A DNA stretch of 64,000 bases from Candidatus Poribacteria bacterium (GCA_963665235.2 CAXXLX010000001.1:384001-448000); one strand, 5' to 3'; positions 19,666 to 30,387 are shown, counted from the first letter of the stretch. A program made the numbers and translations. Notes: generated from the sequence alone by a model not told the origin.

Positions 19666-20511
19666 ATGGTACTCGGAGCACATGTTTCCACTGCGGGTGG
19701 TATACATAACGCTATCAAAAATGGCGATGAACTCGACTGCAACGCAATTCAAATTTTTCTGGCAAACCCAAACCGTTGGGAATCAAAGCCGCCCACGGCG
19801 GAGGTCATCGAAAAATTTGGGAGGGGTTGGACAGATTCGTCTATTCAGGACGTGATTGTTCACGATATTCATCTCAGTAATATGGCATCTCCGAAGCAGG
19901 ATGTGTTAGAAAAATCGCGTCAACAGTTTAAGCGACAGATGGAACTTGCACAGACAGTCCAGATATCGTACATCGTGACGCACCTCGGCGCACACCTCGG
20001 TCAAGGTGAAACGTTCGGTTTGAATCAGTTAAGCGATAGTTTCAACTATCTGTTTGAAACGGCAGCGGCACCGGATGTTACAGTCCTGCTTGAAACGACT
20101 GCTGGACAAGGCACAAATCTCGGCTATTGCTTTGAACATTTGCGAGATATTATCGGGATGTCAAAATATCCCAATCGGTTCGGGGTCTGTTTAGATACGT
20201 GTCATGTCTTCGCTGCCGGTTACGACATACGAACCGAAACGGACTGCGAAACCATGTTTGATAGATTTGACACTATCATCGGTTTAGAAAGGTTACAGGC
20301 ATTTCATCTCAACGATGCGAAATCGGCATATCAGAGCCGCGTAGATAGACATGAACACATCGGCGAAGGAAATATCGGTACTAGAGCATTTGCTTACATC
20401 CTCAACGATTCGCGTTTTGCCGAAGTACCGCTTATCATTGAAACGCCCAATATGAACACTATGCACGGGAAAAATCTTGAAACCCTACGCAGCTTAATAA
20501 AAACAGAGTAG
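19666..20511 (+). CDS. nfo: Endonuclease IV
   Basis: LGAHVS, LETTAGQG, CLDTCH, HLND and DRHEHIG motifs; start taken at ATG 19666. Confidence 0.93.
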   Translation: MVLGAHVSTAGGIHNAIKNGDELDCNAIQIFLANPNRWESKPPTAEVIEKFGRGWTDSSIQDVIVHDIHLSNMASPKQDVLEKSRQQFKRQMELAQTVQISYIVTHLGAHLGQGETFGLNQLSDSFNYLFETAAAPDVTVLLETTAGQGTNLGYCFEHLRDIIGMSKYPNRFGVCLDTCHVFAAGYDIRTETDCETMFDRFDTIIGLERLQAFHLNDAKSAYQSRVDRHEHIGEGNIGTRAFAYILNDSRFAEVPLIIETPNMNTMHGKNLETLRSLIKTE

Positions 20512-20548
20512 CAGGCACGCGACACAGTGCCGTTCACGAGGTGAAAAA

Positions 20549-20731
20549 TTGCAAATCGGGCTGTTGGAGGTAGCATTTCTTCTCCTTCTCTTCTTAGGAA
20601 TAATTCTGGTATCCCGGATAGTCACACATTTACAGACAAAACGTGTTTGTCCTGATTGTGGCTTAGCAATCCGTACTTATGTAGAGAGTTGTCCGGCATG
20701 CGGACGCAATTTTTCAACAAAAACCAAGTAG
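20549..20731 (+). CDS. Small membrane protein with zinc ribbon
   Basis: One transmembrane helix followed by CPDCG..CPACG; GAGGTG ribosome-binding site. Confidence 0.6.
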   Translation: MQIGLLEVAFLLLLFLGIILVSRIVTHLQTKRVCPDCGLAIRTYVESCPACGRNFSTKTK

Positions 20732-20767
20732 CGAATAGCAAATGGTTTCCAATAGTCAAAACACAAT

Positions 20768-22057
20768 ATGGACACAGCAAGAATTCAGGTTAAAGCAGGT
20801 AACGGTGGCAATGGCTGCATAAGTTTCCGCCGAGAGAAATATGTGCCGCGCGGGGGCCCCGATGGGGGGGATGGTGGCAAGGGTGGCAACGTCCTCCTCG
20901 TCGCTAACAGTGGGATGAGTACGCTAATTGATTTGCGGCATAATCCACGCCAAGTCGCTGAAAACGGCAAACATGGCGCAGGTAAACAGCGAGACGGTGC
21001 TGATGGTGCAGCGCGTATCGTTAAAGTACCTACCGGCACCGTCGTCAGAGATTTGCAGAGTGAGGAGCTGCTCGCCGATTTGACCGAACCGGAGCAGGCT
21101 ATCGTTGTCGCGCATGGTGGAATCGGCGGCAAAGGTAACGCCCGCTTTAAGAGTAGTACATTTCAAGTGCCACGCGTCGCGGAGAAGGGGGAACCCGGGG
21201 AAGAACGCGAGATAAGTCTAGAGGTCAAACTCATCGCAGATGTTGGCTTAGTCGGGTATCCGAACGCTGGCAAATCCACGCTCCTTGCGCGAACCTCTGC
21301 TGCAACGCCCAAAATTGCCGCCTATCCCTTTACGACGCTCATCCCGAATTTAGGCGTTGTCCGTATTGACCAGGAGCAGAATTTCGTACTTGCCGATATC
21401 CCCGGCTTGATTGAAGGTGCACACAAAGGTGCAGGCTTAGGACATCAATTTCTGCGACACATCGAACGCACTAAGATGCTAATTCATGTCATCGACCTTA
21501 GTGCTACCGATGGCAGAGACCCTATCACCGATTACGAGAAACTCAACCTTGAACTGGGCCACTACAGCACAATGTTAACGCAACTCCCGCAACTGATTGC
21601 ACTTAATAAGATAGATATGCCCGAAGCGGCGGCGAATCTCACGCGTGTCCAAGAATATTTCGGAAAACGTCCAGTTTTTCCAATCTCCGCAATTACCGGT
21701 GAAGGCATCCAGCGTCTGATGCACCAATCCTACCGGTCCTTACAACACCTAGCGGCCCGGGCACGAAAAGAGGCAGAGACAACAACACCGTTAGCGTCTG
21801 AACTCCCCCCGGAACCGAAGGCTCGGTTTGAGCTCACACAAACCGCGGAAGGGTTCATCGTTAGCGGGGCAGAACCGCGCCGCGCTGTCCTCATGACAGA
21901 TATGGAAAACGAACAAGCATTGATTCTGCTTTATAGAAAACTGAAAAAGATGGGGGTGATGAATGCCCTCAGCCGCGCAGGCGCGACCGAAGGAGACACA
22001 GTCCAGATTGATGAATTTGAGTTCACCTACAACCCAAAAGCCGTGCAAGCACGTTGA
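20768..22057 (+). CDS. obgE: GTPase Obg/CgtA with C-terminal domain
   Basis: Gly-rich Obg fold, GYPNAGKS, YPFTT, DIPG and NKID motifs. Confidence 0.97.
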   Translation: MDTARIQVKAGNGGNGCISFRREKYVPRGGPDGGDGGKGGNVLLVANSGMSTLIDLRHNPRQVAENGKHGAGKQRDGADGAARIVKVPTGTVVRDLQSEELLADLTEPEQAIVVAHGGIGGKGNARFKSSTFQVPRVAEKGEPGEEREISLEVKLIADVGLVGYPNAGKSTLLARTSAATPKIAAYPFTTLIPNLGVVRIDQEQNFVLADIPGLIEGAHKGAGLGHQFLRHIERTKMLIHVIDLSATDGRDPITDYEKLNLELGHYSTMLTQLPQLIALNKIDMPEAAANLTRVQEYFGKRPVFPISAITGEGIQRLMHQSYRSLQHLAARARKEAETTTPLASELPPEPKARFELTQTAEGFIVSGAEPRRAVLMTDMENEQALILLYRKLKKMGVMNALSRAGATEGDTVQIDEFEFTYNPKAVQAR

Positions 22058-23180
22058 AACTGAACGGCGAATCCACTTAGCAGATGTCCAACGTATTGTT
22101 GTGAAGGTCGGCAGTAGCACCCTTTCTGAGGGCGCACATCTCAACGAAGCAGCCCTCGACGGGCTCGTCCACGACCTAGCCCTCGTCCAACAGACCGGTA
22201 TTGAGGTTATCCTTGTCACCTCGGGGGCAATCGCCGCCGGGTGGCCGCAACTCGGTTTTAACCAGCGACCCCTGACGTTACCCCGTCTACAAGCTTCTGC
22301 TGCTGTCGGACAAATCCGGCTAATGGCAGCTTATGAGGAACGATTTTCTCACTATGGACTACGCACCGCACACATACTGCTCACCCGCGACGATTTCTCG
22401 GACAGGGAACGTTACACACGCATGAACGATACACTGCGGACACTGCTACATCTCGGTGCAATTCCTATTATCAATGAAAATGACACCGTCGCGGTGGACG
22501 AAATTAAGGTCGGTGACAACGACACGCTTTCTGCTTATGTGACCAACCTTGCACAAGCCGAGCTACTGGTTATTCTATCCGATCAGGCGGGATTTTACAC
22601 AGCTGACCCAAGGGACAATCCGGATTCGGAATTGATTCGGACTGTCAACGTTATTTCAGAAGAACTCTGGAAAGCTGCGGGGCATGCTGGCACTGAAAGT
22701 GGCACAGGCGGGATGGTCACGAAGTTAGGTGCTGCGGAAATTGTCACCGCGTCCGGCGAGATGATGATAATCGCTTATGGACGCGAACCGCTTGTCGTCA
22801 CACGACTACTGAAAGGCGAATGTCTCGGGACGCTTTTTCTTCCGCAATCCCGTATCTCTGGAAAGAAACGTTGGATTGCCTATTCACGTCCCCCGAAAGG
22901 CAAACTTTTCGTAGATAACGGTGCACGCTCCGCGCTCGTGCAAGGCGGAAAAAGCCTATTGCCGGCAGGCATTCGACGCGTTGATGGCAATTTTGAATAT
23001 AGCGATACCGTCTCATGTCTCACCGAAAACGGCATAGAATTCGCACGCGGGTTAGTTAACTACAACGCAATTGAAACAAGACAACTTGCAGGCAAGCAGA
23101 CAACCGATATTGAGAAAATCCTCGGTTACCGAGATTACGATGAAATCATACATCGAGATAACCTCGTCCTGCTTAGTTGA
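22011..23180 (+). CDS. proB: Glutamate 5-kinase with PUA domain
   Basis: VVKVGSS, NENDTV, GDND and GTGGMVTK motifs; start uncertain because it overlaps the end of obgE. Confidence 0.93.
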   Translation: MNLSSPTTQKPCKHVETERRIHLADVQRIVVKVGSSTLSEGAHLNEAALDGLVHDLALVQQTGIEVILVTSGAIAAGWPQLGFNQRPLTLPRLQASAAVGQIRLMAAYEERFSHYGLRTAHILLTRDDFSDRERYTRMNDTLRTLLHLGAIPIINENDTVAVDEIKVGDNDTLSAYVTNLAQAELLVILSDQAGFYTADPRDNPDSELIRTVNVISEELWKAAGHAGTESGTGGMVTKLGAAEIVTASGEMMIIAYGREPLVVTRLLKGECLGTLFLPQSRISGKKRWIAYSRPPKGKLFVDNGARSALVQGGKSLLPAGIRRVDGNFEYSDTVSCLTENGIEFARGLVNYNAIETRQLAGKQTTDIEKILGYRDYDEIIHRDNLVLLS

Positions 23181-23195
23181 ACTGAAAGGAATATT

Positions 23196-24458
23196 ATGAG
23201 CCAAGATATACAAAAAATGATCCAAACAAAAGCCCGAAAAGCAAAATCGGCGATGCGCGTTTTGTCACGCAGCTCCGTCGATGTCCGAAATAACGCGCTC
23301 TTAGCGATGGCCGAAAGCCTCCGCAGTGCCAAAGACAGAATTCAGGAAGCGAACCGTATCGACCTTGACACCGGAGAAAAAACGGGGCTGGCGGCCCCGC
23401 TCATGCAACGGCTCCTGATAGATGATAAAAAGATTGACCGGATGGTGGATAACCTCCGGCAGGTCGCCGCACTGCCTGACCCGATTGGTGCTGTTATCAG
23501 CATGGGGGAACGGCCCAACGGTCTGAAAATCGGCACGGTCCGTGTACCGATTGGGGTGGTCGGAGTCGTCTATGAATCGCGGCCTGATGTGACCGTGGAG
23601 GTGTCCGCGCTTTGCATCAAATCTGGAAACGGTGTTATCCTTCGAGGCGGCTCCGAAGCCATTCACTCCAATACTGCGCTCGCTCAGATTCTTAGCGACA
23701 CCGCTGCAGTTGAAGGCGTAACAGATGCTATTCAGTTCGTTGATACCACCGACCGGCAGGCAGTTTATGAACTCATCCGCCTCCCGGAATATATCGACTT
23801 GGTCATTCCACGCGGCAGCAACGAATTCGTGCAATTTTTGATGCGGGAGTCTGAAGTTCCAGTGCTAGGGCATGCCGATGGTATCTGTCATATTTACGTT
23901 GACGAAGCCGCTGAACTTGACATGGCAACAAAACTCTGCATGAATGCGAAAGTTGGCTACAAAGTGGCTGTCTGCAACGCCGTTGAAACGCTTCTCGTTC
24001 ACAATGCAGTCGCCGAAAAATATCTGCCTGTTATTTGTGAACAGCTCCGCAAAGCAGACGTTGAAGTGCGCGGATGCGAACGCACCCGACAGATATACCC
24101 TGCAGCACACCCCGCAACTGAGCAGGACTGGCACACAGAATATCTCGATTACATTCTTTCCATCCGAGTCGTAGACGATATAGGCACAGCGATTGACCAT
24201 ATTGAAACCTACGGTTCACACCATTCGGACGCAATCATCACTGAGAGCTATACGGCAGCACAACGTTTCCTCAAAGAGGTGGATTCAGCGGCAGTTTATG
24301 TCAACGCCAGCACCGTCTTCACCGATGGCTACGAATTTGGATTAGGGGCTGAGGTAGGCATTAGCACACAGAAACTCCACTCCCGCGGCCCGATGGGTCT
24401 TGAAGGATTGACAACTTATAAGTATATTGTCTACGGAAACGGACAGGTGCGCGAGTAG
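23196..24458 (+). CDS. proA: Gamma-glutamyl phosphate reductase
   Basis: YESRP, CNAVETLL, NAST.FTDG and ISTQKLHSRGPMG motifs. Confidence 0.96.
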   Translation: MSQDIQKMIQTKARKAKSAMRVLSRSSVDVRNNALLAMAESLRSAKDRIQEANRIDLDTGEKTGLAAPLMQRLLIDDKKIDRMVDNLRQVAALPDPIGAVISMGERPNGLKIGTVRVPIGVVGVVYESRPDVTVEVSALCIKSGNGVILRGGSEAIHSNTALAQILSDTAAVEGVTDAIQFVDTTDRQAVYELIRLPEYIDLVIPRGSNEFVQFLMRESEVPVLGHADGICHIYVDEAAELDMATKLCMNAKVGYKVAVCNAVETLLVHNAVAEKYLPVICEQLRKADVEVRGCERTRQIYPAAHPATEQDWHTEYLDYILSIRVVDDIGTAIDHIETYGSHHSDAIITESYTAAQRFLKEVDSAAVYVNASTVFTDGYEFGLGAEVGISTQKLHSRGPMGLEGLTTYKYIVYGNGQVRE

Positions 24459-24474
24459 GAAGTGCCTAATCGAT

Positions 24475-24556
24475 TTGGCTATTGGCTATTGGCCAGAGAA
24501 AGAGAACTCTGACGCGCGTCAAAGCGCAGACTATAATCACAACATCTTGCTAAAAC
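24475..24556. repeat. Shorter copy of the heptamer-ended dispersed repeat
   Basis: TTGGCTATTGGCTATTGG, CTCTGACGCGCGTCA and AATCACAACATCTTGC are shared with the copies at 12969 and 55763. Confidence 0.65.
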
Positions 24557-24621
24557 GTGAGCTTGATAATAAATATCCGTTTGCTCTAAACCTTTTTCAC
24601 CGCGAAAAAAGCGGTATAATT

Positions 24622-24748
24622 GTAGCATAAACTTCCTAGTTTGTGCTGTTTTTTGCTAAAACTACCAGAGAACGCTGTAGGTCAAAACTTTTTTCAAACT
24701 CGCGTTGCTAAAAGTCAAAGGGCTTGTAGTAGGGTGATTTATCACCCG
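24622..24748 (+). repeat. Two GTAG-REP elements
   Basis: GTAGCATAAACTTCCTAGTTTGTGC at 24622-24646 (same family as the 18.2-kb array) and GTAGTAGGGTGATTTATCACCCG at 24726-24748. Confidence 0.7.
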
Positions 24749-24961
24749 TTCCGAAATTACCGAATTTAAAAAATTAATCTTCATTCAAGCGCGCTTACAC
24801 CTCCCCCAACTATCTGCTATTTTTAATTCTTGACATGGGAAATAAAACATGATAATGTATTTGCAATCGATAGTGAGATTTGTACTTTACTTTAAAATAC
24901 GGTGCCTTGGACAGTCCCACGCCATAGGGGAGTTCAGCATCGAGACTGGGGGAAATCACCG

Positions 24962-25834
24962 ATGCGCCCTAACAAAATTCTGATTCTGCTCTGCTTTATA
25001 GGTGTCTGTGCTGCCTTAGTCTACCTCCTCATCTGGCTAGAGGATTCTGAACGCAAAAAGGAGGCAGGTATCACCCCCAAAGTCCTTCCGTACACGCAAC
25101 TTGGAAATATTAGTAAGGTGGCCATCGCGGAATCCTCCGGGGTGACCTATCATCCGATGCGAAAAACGTTATTTGTCGTAAACGATGAGGGATACATCCA
25201 TGAAATCCGTCCGACGGGCACCGTTGTCCGAACAAAGGCGCTTCAAGAGCGGGACCTTGAGGGAATTACGGTTAATCCGGAAACCGGCTGGCTTTATGCT
25301 GCGGTTGAGGATGAGGAAGTTATTTTAGAAATTAACCCACAGACACTCACAATTCGTAGAGATTTTAAAATTAATCGTGTTTTTGAAGGCAAATCCATTT
25401 TGAAAAAGGGTGGGACTGGGATAGAGGCAATCGCTTTCGTGCCAGATGCCTCACACCCGGAAGGGGGCACTTTTTGGATTGGCAATCAATCCTTCAGCCG
25501 TAAACCGAACGGAGAGCCTTCTGTCGTATGTGAGGTGATAGTTCCGCTGCGCACATCCACAGCACAAACCGCTGAAGCCACTATCATCCGTTGTTTTGAG
25601 ATGAACTTCATGGACATCTCCGGGCTCACCTATGATTCACAGGCGGATTGTCTCGTCGTCATTAGTGATACGACAAACCTATTAGTTGAACTCAAACGGG
25701 ATGGCACCCTCCTCGGGCAATACCTGTTACTCGGAGATGACCAGGAAGGTGTCGTGTTAGATGGACTCGGCTATATGTATATTGCTCAGGAAAACGGACA
25801 AATTATAAAATTGTCCGATAGGCGGCTCCGGTAG
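24962..25834 (+). CDS. SdiA-regulated/YjiK-like beta-propeller protein
   Basis: N-terminal transmembrane helix; repeated ESSGVTY, DLEGIT, GIEAIAF, DISGLTY and DQEGV. Confidence 0.75.
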   Translation: MRPNKILILLCFIGVCAALVYLLIWLEDSERKKEAGITPKVLPYTQLGNISKVAIAESSGVTYHPMRKTLFVVNDEGYIHEIRPTGTVVRTKALQERDLEGITVNPETGWLYAAVEDEEVILEINPQTLTIRRDFKINRVFEGKSILKKGGTGIEAIAFVPDASHPEGGTFWIGNQSFSRKPNGEPSVVCEVIVPLRTSTAQTAEATIIRCFEMNFMDISGLTYDSQADCLVVISDTTNLLVELKRDGTLLGQYLLLGDDQEGVVLDGLGYMYIAQENGQIIKLSDRRLR

Positions 25835-25872
25835 GTTGGCAGTCGGGGCAGCTTCCCACAGAAAGGAGAGAA

Positions 25873-26484
25873 ATGATGCAAGAAAATTGTATGCGCGTAA
25901 TACTGATACTCGGTATGATTCTGCTAAACCTGATAGCTGGTTGTAACGGGGAGACAGATAAACCGCTCAGTCCAACGGAAGAAACAGAAAATCCCGAAGA
26001 TTTGCCCAGCCTATCCATAGAAGATTTGGTTGGGACGTGGGTAGTTGTATCAAAAAACGGTGAGAATTTTGAAGAAACTTTCGTGAAAGCCTTAGTAGCT
26101 GATATGCGAAACAAGTTCCAGAACGTTGAACAGAAGATTACGTTGAACAGTTGGGCTTTTGCTGAAGATGGTTCATGGACTTGGGAGCTTGGGGCAGAAA
26201 TTTTGGCTGGGGGGGAAGGTGGATTTTTCAAGTTAGGTATAAGCCTCATGCAAAAAGGACGTTTTGATGTGTCCGCTGCAACCTTTTCACTCCAAATAGA
26301 CAACGTTGCGGTTCAATTTAAACCGAAAGACTTGCTGCAATTGGCAGGACTTAAGGAGATAGTGCTTCAGGAGGCGTTGGCACAGCAAGTAATTGTACCC
26401 GCAAAGTCTACTTGGGACTTACAGGAAAATTTATTTACCTTGACAGGCGAAAATGGTGAAGAGGTGGTTCTCAGAAAACAGTAA
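25873..26484 (+). CDS. Putative lipoprotein (lipocalin-like)
   Basis: Lipobox LIAGC, LVGTW motif, AGGAG ribosome-binding site. Confidence 0.65.
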   Translation: MMQENCMRVILILGMILLNLIAGCNGETDKPLSPTEETENPEDLPSLSIEDLVGTWVVVSKNGENFEETFVKALVADMRNKFQNVEQKITLNSWAFAEDGSWTWELGAEILAGGEGGFFKLGISLMQKGRFDVSAATFSLQIDNVAVQFKPKDLLQLAGLKEIVLQEALAQQVIVPAKSTWDLQENLFTLTGENGEEVVLRKQ

Positions 26485-26517
26485 AGGGGCACTCGTTAGG
26501 AGGCCCCACGTCTTTCG

Positions 26518-26745
26518 CTACGAATCCGGTAAATTGGGTGTAACCTCGGTATCTTGAAGGCGGAGCACAACGACACCGGGCATCAAATCCAAAATAAGAT
26601 TGAGCGATGCGTACTGCTCGGCTGTGTAACCAATATCGGTTCGCCATAAGACCTGCACGTTCCCTTCGTCATAGAGAACGCCTGTGGCAAGCTTTGTACC
26701 GTCAGCATCTTCTAGGCTGAAGTTTCGGCGGCGTTTTGTGTCCAT
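26518..26745 (-). CDS. Hypothetical protein
   Basis: 75-aa ORF of normal composition directly downstream of mqnD. Confidence 0.6.
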   Translation of the reverse strand: MDTKRRRNFSLEDADGTKLATGVLYDEGNVQVLWRTDIGYTAEQYASLNLILDLMPGVVVLRLQDTEVTPNLPDS

Positions 26746-26787
26746 AACGTGTCTTCCGAAAGCATTTAGTTGCGTCCGAGATATGCG

Positions 26788-27624
26788 TCAAAGATTCACG
26801 AAATTAATATCTACCCGATGCGGAATAATCCCCGCTTCATACCCTCGGTTGAGGAGCTCATGCACTGCTGCTCTGCCTTTTTCACCGTAATCTAGGGTAT
26901 AGTGATTGACATACATTCCGACAAACTTGTCGGCGAGGTCTGTTTCCATATCACGTGCGTAGGTCATAGCGTATTCAAGCCCGCGGGCTCTATGTTCAAG
27001 CGAGTATTGAATGCTCTTCTTAAGAAGTGCGGTTATGGTTTGAATTTTCTCGGTGCCGAGGTCCCGCCGTATGACGTTTGCACCGAGTGGCAAGGGCAAG
27101 CCTGTCTCCTCATGCCACCACTCTCCTAAATCGACGACTTTGTGGAGCCCTTCGCGAGTGTATGTCAGTTGTCCTTCGTGGATAATGAGGCCTGCCTCAA
27201 CCTCTTCCTGCTGTACGGCTGCTAAGATTTGGTCGAAGGGGCGCGTCTCCGGTTCAAAATCGGGTTGGAAGAGCCGCATCGTCAGGTAGGCAGTCGTCAT
27301 TTCGCCGGGGATTGCAACGCGTTTGCCTGCCAGGGTTCGTAGGGGTTTTTTAGAAACAACTATGGGCCCGTATCTATCGCCAATACTTGCACCGCACGGC
27401 ATAAGTATGTAATTCGTTGCAATATAGGCGTAAGCGTGAACGGAGACTGCTGTGACTTCGAGCTCCGCGGCGAGCGCGCGTCGATTTAAGGTCTCAATAT
27501 CTTCAATAACATGGACAATTTCAAAAGGGTCGGTTGGCACAAGCCCCTTCGCGAGGGCATAGAACATAAAAGCGTCATCGGAGTCCGGGCTGTGTCCAAT
27601 CCGAATTTTCTCGGTCTGTGGCAT
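26788..27624 (-). CDS. mqnD: 1,4-dihydroxy-6-naphthoate synthase (futalosine pathway)
   Basis: GHSPDSDDAFMF, LIIHEGQLTY, LPLPLG and MYVN motifs. Confidence 0.9.
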   Translation of the reverse strand: MPQTEKIRIGHSPDSDDAFMFYALAKGLVPTDPFEIVHVIEDIETLNRRALAAELEVTAVSVHAYAYIATNYILMPCGASIGDRYGPIVVSKKPLRTLAGKRVAIPGEMTTAYLTMRLFQPDFEPETRPFDQILAAVQQEEVEAGLIIHEGQLTYTREGLHKVVDLGEWWHEETGLPLPLGANVIRRDLGTEKIQTITALLKKSIQYSLEHRARGLEYAMTYARDMETDLADKFVGMYVNHYTLDYGEKGRAAVHELLNRGYEAGIIPHRVDINFVNL

Positions 27625-27681
27625 CCTATAATTCCTTTCAGCTATGACTGTTTTCGTTTGTTTAGCGTATCCTAACAGATT

Positions 27682-28617
27682 ATGACCGTTCAAAAATATT
27701 TATACCTCATGGCAATTCCGGACCGACTTACCGAGCTTGCAAGTGCTGAATCGGTTGCCCTAACGGGGGCATCCCCGAATGCACATGGCATTACGGTGTC
27801 AGAAACATGTGTTGACGTTCGCCGAGGGGCGTACGTCAAAAGTTGTACCCAAGTCCTGTTTGAGGCAACAAGTACTGCTGAGCTCTATGCGAAAGTCCGG
27901 GGAGCAGATTTATATGCGGACGCGTTCCGGGTGTCGATTGTTAAAAAACCGCGTTCTCTGAAAGTGGATTCAACTGCCTGTGCCCGGCAATTAGGCAGTT
28001 TTATTGGCGGTCAGCCGAATTTATCACATCCGCAGGTTGTTTTTGTTGCCGTGTTCACGCCAGAGAGGATTTGGTTTGGCCCGCGTCTTTCCGAATCGGA
28101 TGGGACGTGGGTGTCCCATAACCAGCGTCCCTATATGACATCAAGTTCACTCCCTGCGCGGCTAGCGCGTGTGCTCGTCAATTTAGTTGCATCGCCCGGG
28201 GAACGTTTGCTTGACCCGTGCTGTGGTACCGGCACAATTGTGATGGCAGCTGCCCACAGCGGTATGCAAGCGGTCGGTTACGACATCAACCCGCGCATGG
28301 TTGGCGCGACGACAAAAAATCTTCAGCATTATGGACTCACCGCTGATGTCCAACTAGCCGATGCCCGGGAGATACAAGAGCGGTTCGACGCGATTGCAAC
28401 CGATTTACCTTACGGCCTGAGTCTCGTCAAAGATACGGCCCAGGAACAGGAAATTTTGGCGAACCTACGCACACGCGCGCCGAAAACAGCACTTATTCAT
28501 ACACGCGACATGAGCCCCCTGCTAAGCGACCTAGGCTATCGGGTAGAGGCTGTTATACCGGTGCCGAAGCAAAGACTCGTCCGCCGCATATTTATCACTT
28601 CGAGCTTAGCTCAATAG
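27682..28617 (+). CDS. SAM-dependent RNA methyltransferase (Trm11/THUMP-like)
   Basis: LLDPCCGTGT and TDLPYG motifs. Confidence 0.8.
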   Translation: MTVQKYLYLMAIPDRLTELASAESVALTGASPNAHGITVSETCVDVRRGAYVKSCTQVLFEATSTAELYAKVRGADLYADAFRVSIVKKPRSLKVDSTACARQLGSFIGGQPNLSHPQVVFVAVFTPERIWFGPRLSESDGTWVSHNQRPYMTSSSLPARLARVLVNLVASPGERLLDPCCGTGTIVMAAAHSGMQAVGYDINPRMVGATTKNLQHYGLTADVQLADAREIQERFDAIATDLPYGLSLVKDTAQEQEILANLRTRAPKTALIHTRDMSPLLSDLGYRVEAVIPVPKQRLVRRIFITSSLAQ

Positions 28618-29063
28618 TCATCAACATCTTCATAAAAATCGGTTTCCGGTAAGTACTCTTTTTCGTCAATTTCTTCCTCTTCATACGCTGCATACTCATC
28701 TATATCCAAAAGAGAGTTGAGTTCAGAGAGGTTGTCAATATGGATTTTGCAAATCCAGCCGTCCCCCTCTGGCAAACGGTTGATGAGTTCAATATCATCT
28801 TCAAGTGCCGCATTAATTTGGTGAATTTCACCAGCGACGGGGGCATAGAGGTAGAAATTTCCGCCGGATTCGGTCTCAATTCTACCAATAATTTCGGCTT
28901 GCTCACATTCTTGTAAGGGTGAAATATCGACAAAAACAATTTGACCGTACATGAGCTGTGCGCGTTCTGTGATGCCGATTGTTCCTTCTGTGATGCCGGT
29001 TGCTTCTTCTGTCTCATCAACCTCAATCCATTCGTGTGTAGTTGTATATTTCACCGTGCTCAA
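28611..29063 (-). CDS. Glycine cleavage H-like protein lacking the lipoyl lysine
   Basis: YTTTHEWI, IGIT, APVAGEI..IN and GWI motifs are present, but ETESGG replaces ESVKA. Confidence 0.8.
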   Translation of the reverse strand: MSTVKYTTTHEWIEVDETEEATGITEGTIGITERAQLMYGQIVFVDISPLQECEQAEIIGRIETESGGNFYLYAPVAGEIHQINAALEDDIELINRLPEGDGWICKIHIDNLSELNSLLDIDEYAAYEEEEIDEKEYLPETDFYEDVDDY

Positions 29064-29192
29064 TGCGCATTCCTCCAACAAGTTAAAAACTTTAATGTGA
29101 ATGTCCCTTTTAAGCGTGTAGCTATTGGTTATTAACTATTAGGTGTCCTTACAAACATAGCGGTGCCCTAACAAGGCACGCTGCTTAGTGTT

Positions 29193-30377
29193 TCAAAAAT
29201 CCTGCCCGACTGAGAAGGTATACACAGCAGCACCTTGGACGACGTGGATACGTTCATCTGCTGCCAAAGTAGGTTGGAATCGCGGGATGTATGCCGTATT
29301 CAACGTTAGATTTCCAAGCCGGAAACCGAGCCCGAAGGATATGCCCTCCGCTTTCCATACCCGCTCCGTTATTTCAATTGTATCATGTTCCAGCAGCAGT
29401 ACCGAAGCATAACGTTTTTCAGTGTCCCGAAGATACCCGATTCTTACGCCAATACGTTCATGATACCATGCTTCAACACCGAGGTTGGCTCGGATACCAT
29501 CGCGGAAGGGGGGATGTACGTCTAACCCGATACGTAACGCTACGTTGGAAATTTTGCGGTGATAGGTGATACCTACAGCAATATCGGGATGCAGTGTGTC
29601 CGGGATAGCCGTGTCGAAAAACGACAACCCGTTGCTCAAATTTCGCGCAACAATACCAATCTGAATTCGCTTATTAAGACGTTGGATGATGCCGACGTTG
29701 TACGCATAACCGTAACCCACATGCTCGGTGCGCGTAGTATCAGTGACCTTAGACCGTAGCCATCTTGCATCAAATCCAACAACGGTGCTATCGAACAAAT
29801 TCAACCCGTAACCGAAACCGATAGCTAGGTTATTTTGTGGAAAGTTGTTGAGGGCTTTGCCGAGATGATTGACGCGGCGAAAAGGGCCCGTTTGTGCAAA
29901 GGAGAAAGCGATTCCAAACGTGCCGAATTTACCCATAGGGACCGCCCAATTCAACGTTTCAATTCCAGATTCCTGCTGTTCATACCGCTGATAATCCTCA
30001 TAGTTCGCATCAAAGTTTTGTTTGGACACCAGGGCGATAGTGTGTGGGAAGCGGGTGGTGTGAATGATAAAACGGGTCCCGCCTGCAAGACTGATGCCAG
30101 CAGGATTGCTACCGAGAGCGTTCGCCCCCCGGGTGGCACTAACAAAACTGCCCCCCATGCCGTGCTGCTCAGCCCCGACTAACTGTTTGAGAAACCTGTC
30201 CGCTGCCGCTGCTGGTGTCGATGCTGCGGCAAACCCATGATATAGGAAAAAACAGAATAGGGACGCAAGCTGCAAAATCAACAAAGAGAGTTGCGAACGG
30301 CGCAGCATTGCTAACCGATTGTGCAAATATCTCAATTCTTTTCCTCTTGTTGTTACAGACATTCGTGAGGTGAACAT
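29193..30377 (-). CDS. PorV/PorQ-like (UPF0164/FadL-type) outer-membrane beta-barrel
   Basis: GMGG..SNPAG N-terminal plug motif, amphipathic beta strands, terminal Phe. Confidence 0.7.
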   Translation of the reverse strand: MFTSRMSVTTRGKELRYLHNRLAMLRRSQLSLLILQLASLFCFFLYHGFAAASTPAAAADRFLKQLVGAEQHGMGGSFVSATRGANALGSNPAGISLAGGTRFIIHTTRFPHTIALVSKQNFDANYEDYQRYEQQESGIETLNWAVPMGKFGTFGIAFSFAQTGPFRRVNHLGKALNNFPQNNLAIGFGYGLNLFDSTVVGFDARWLRSKVTDTTRTEHVGYGYAYNVGIIQRLNKRIQIGIVARNLSNGLSFFDTAIPDTLHPDIAVGITYHRKISNVALRIGLDVHPPFRDGIRANLGVEAWYHERIGVRIGYLRDTEKRYASVLLLEHDTIEITERVWKAEGISFGLGFRLGNLTLNTAYIPRFQPTLAADERIHVVQGAAVYTFSVGQDF

Positions 30378-30387
30378 CTATCAAAAA

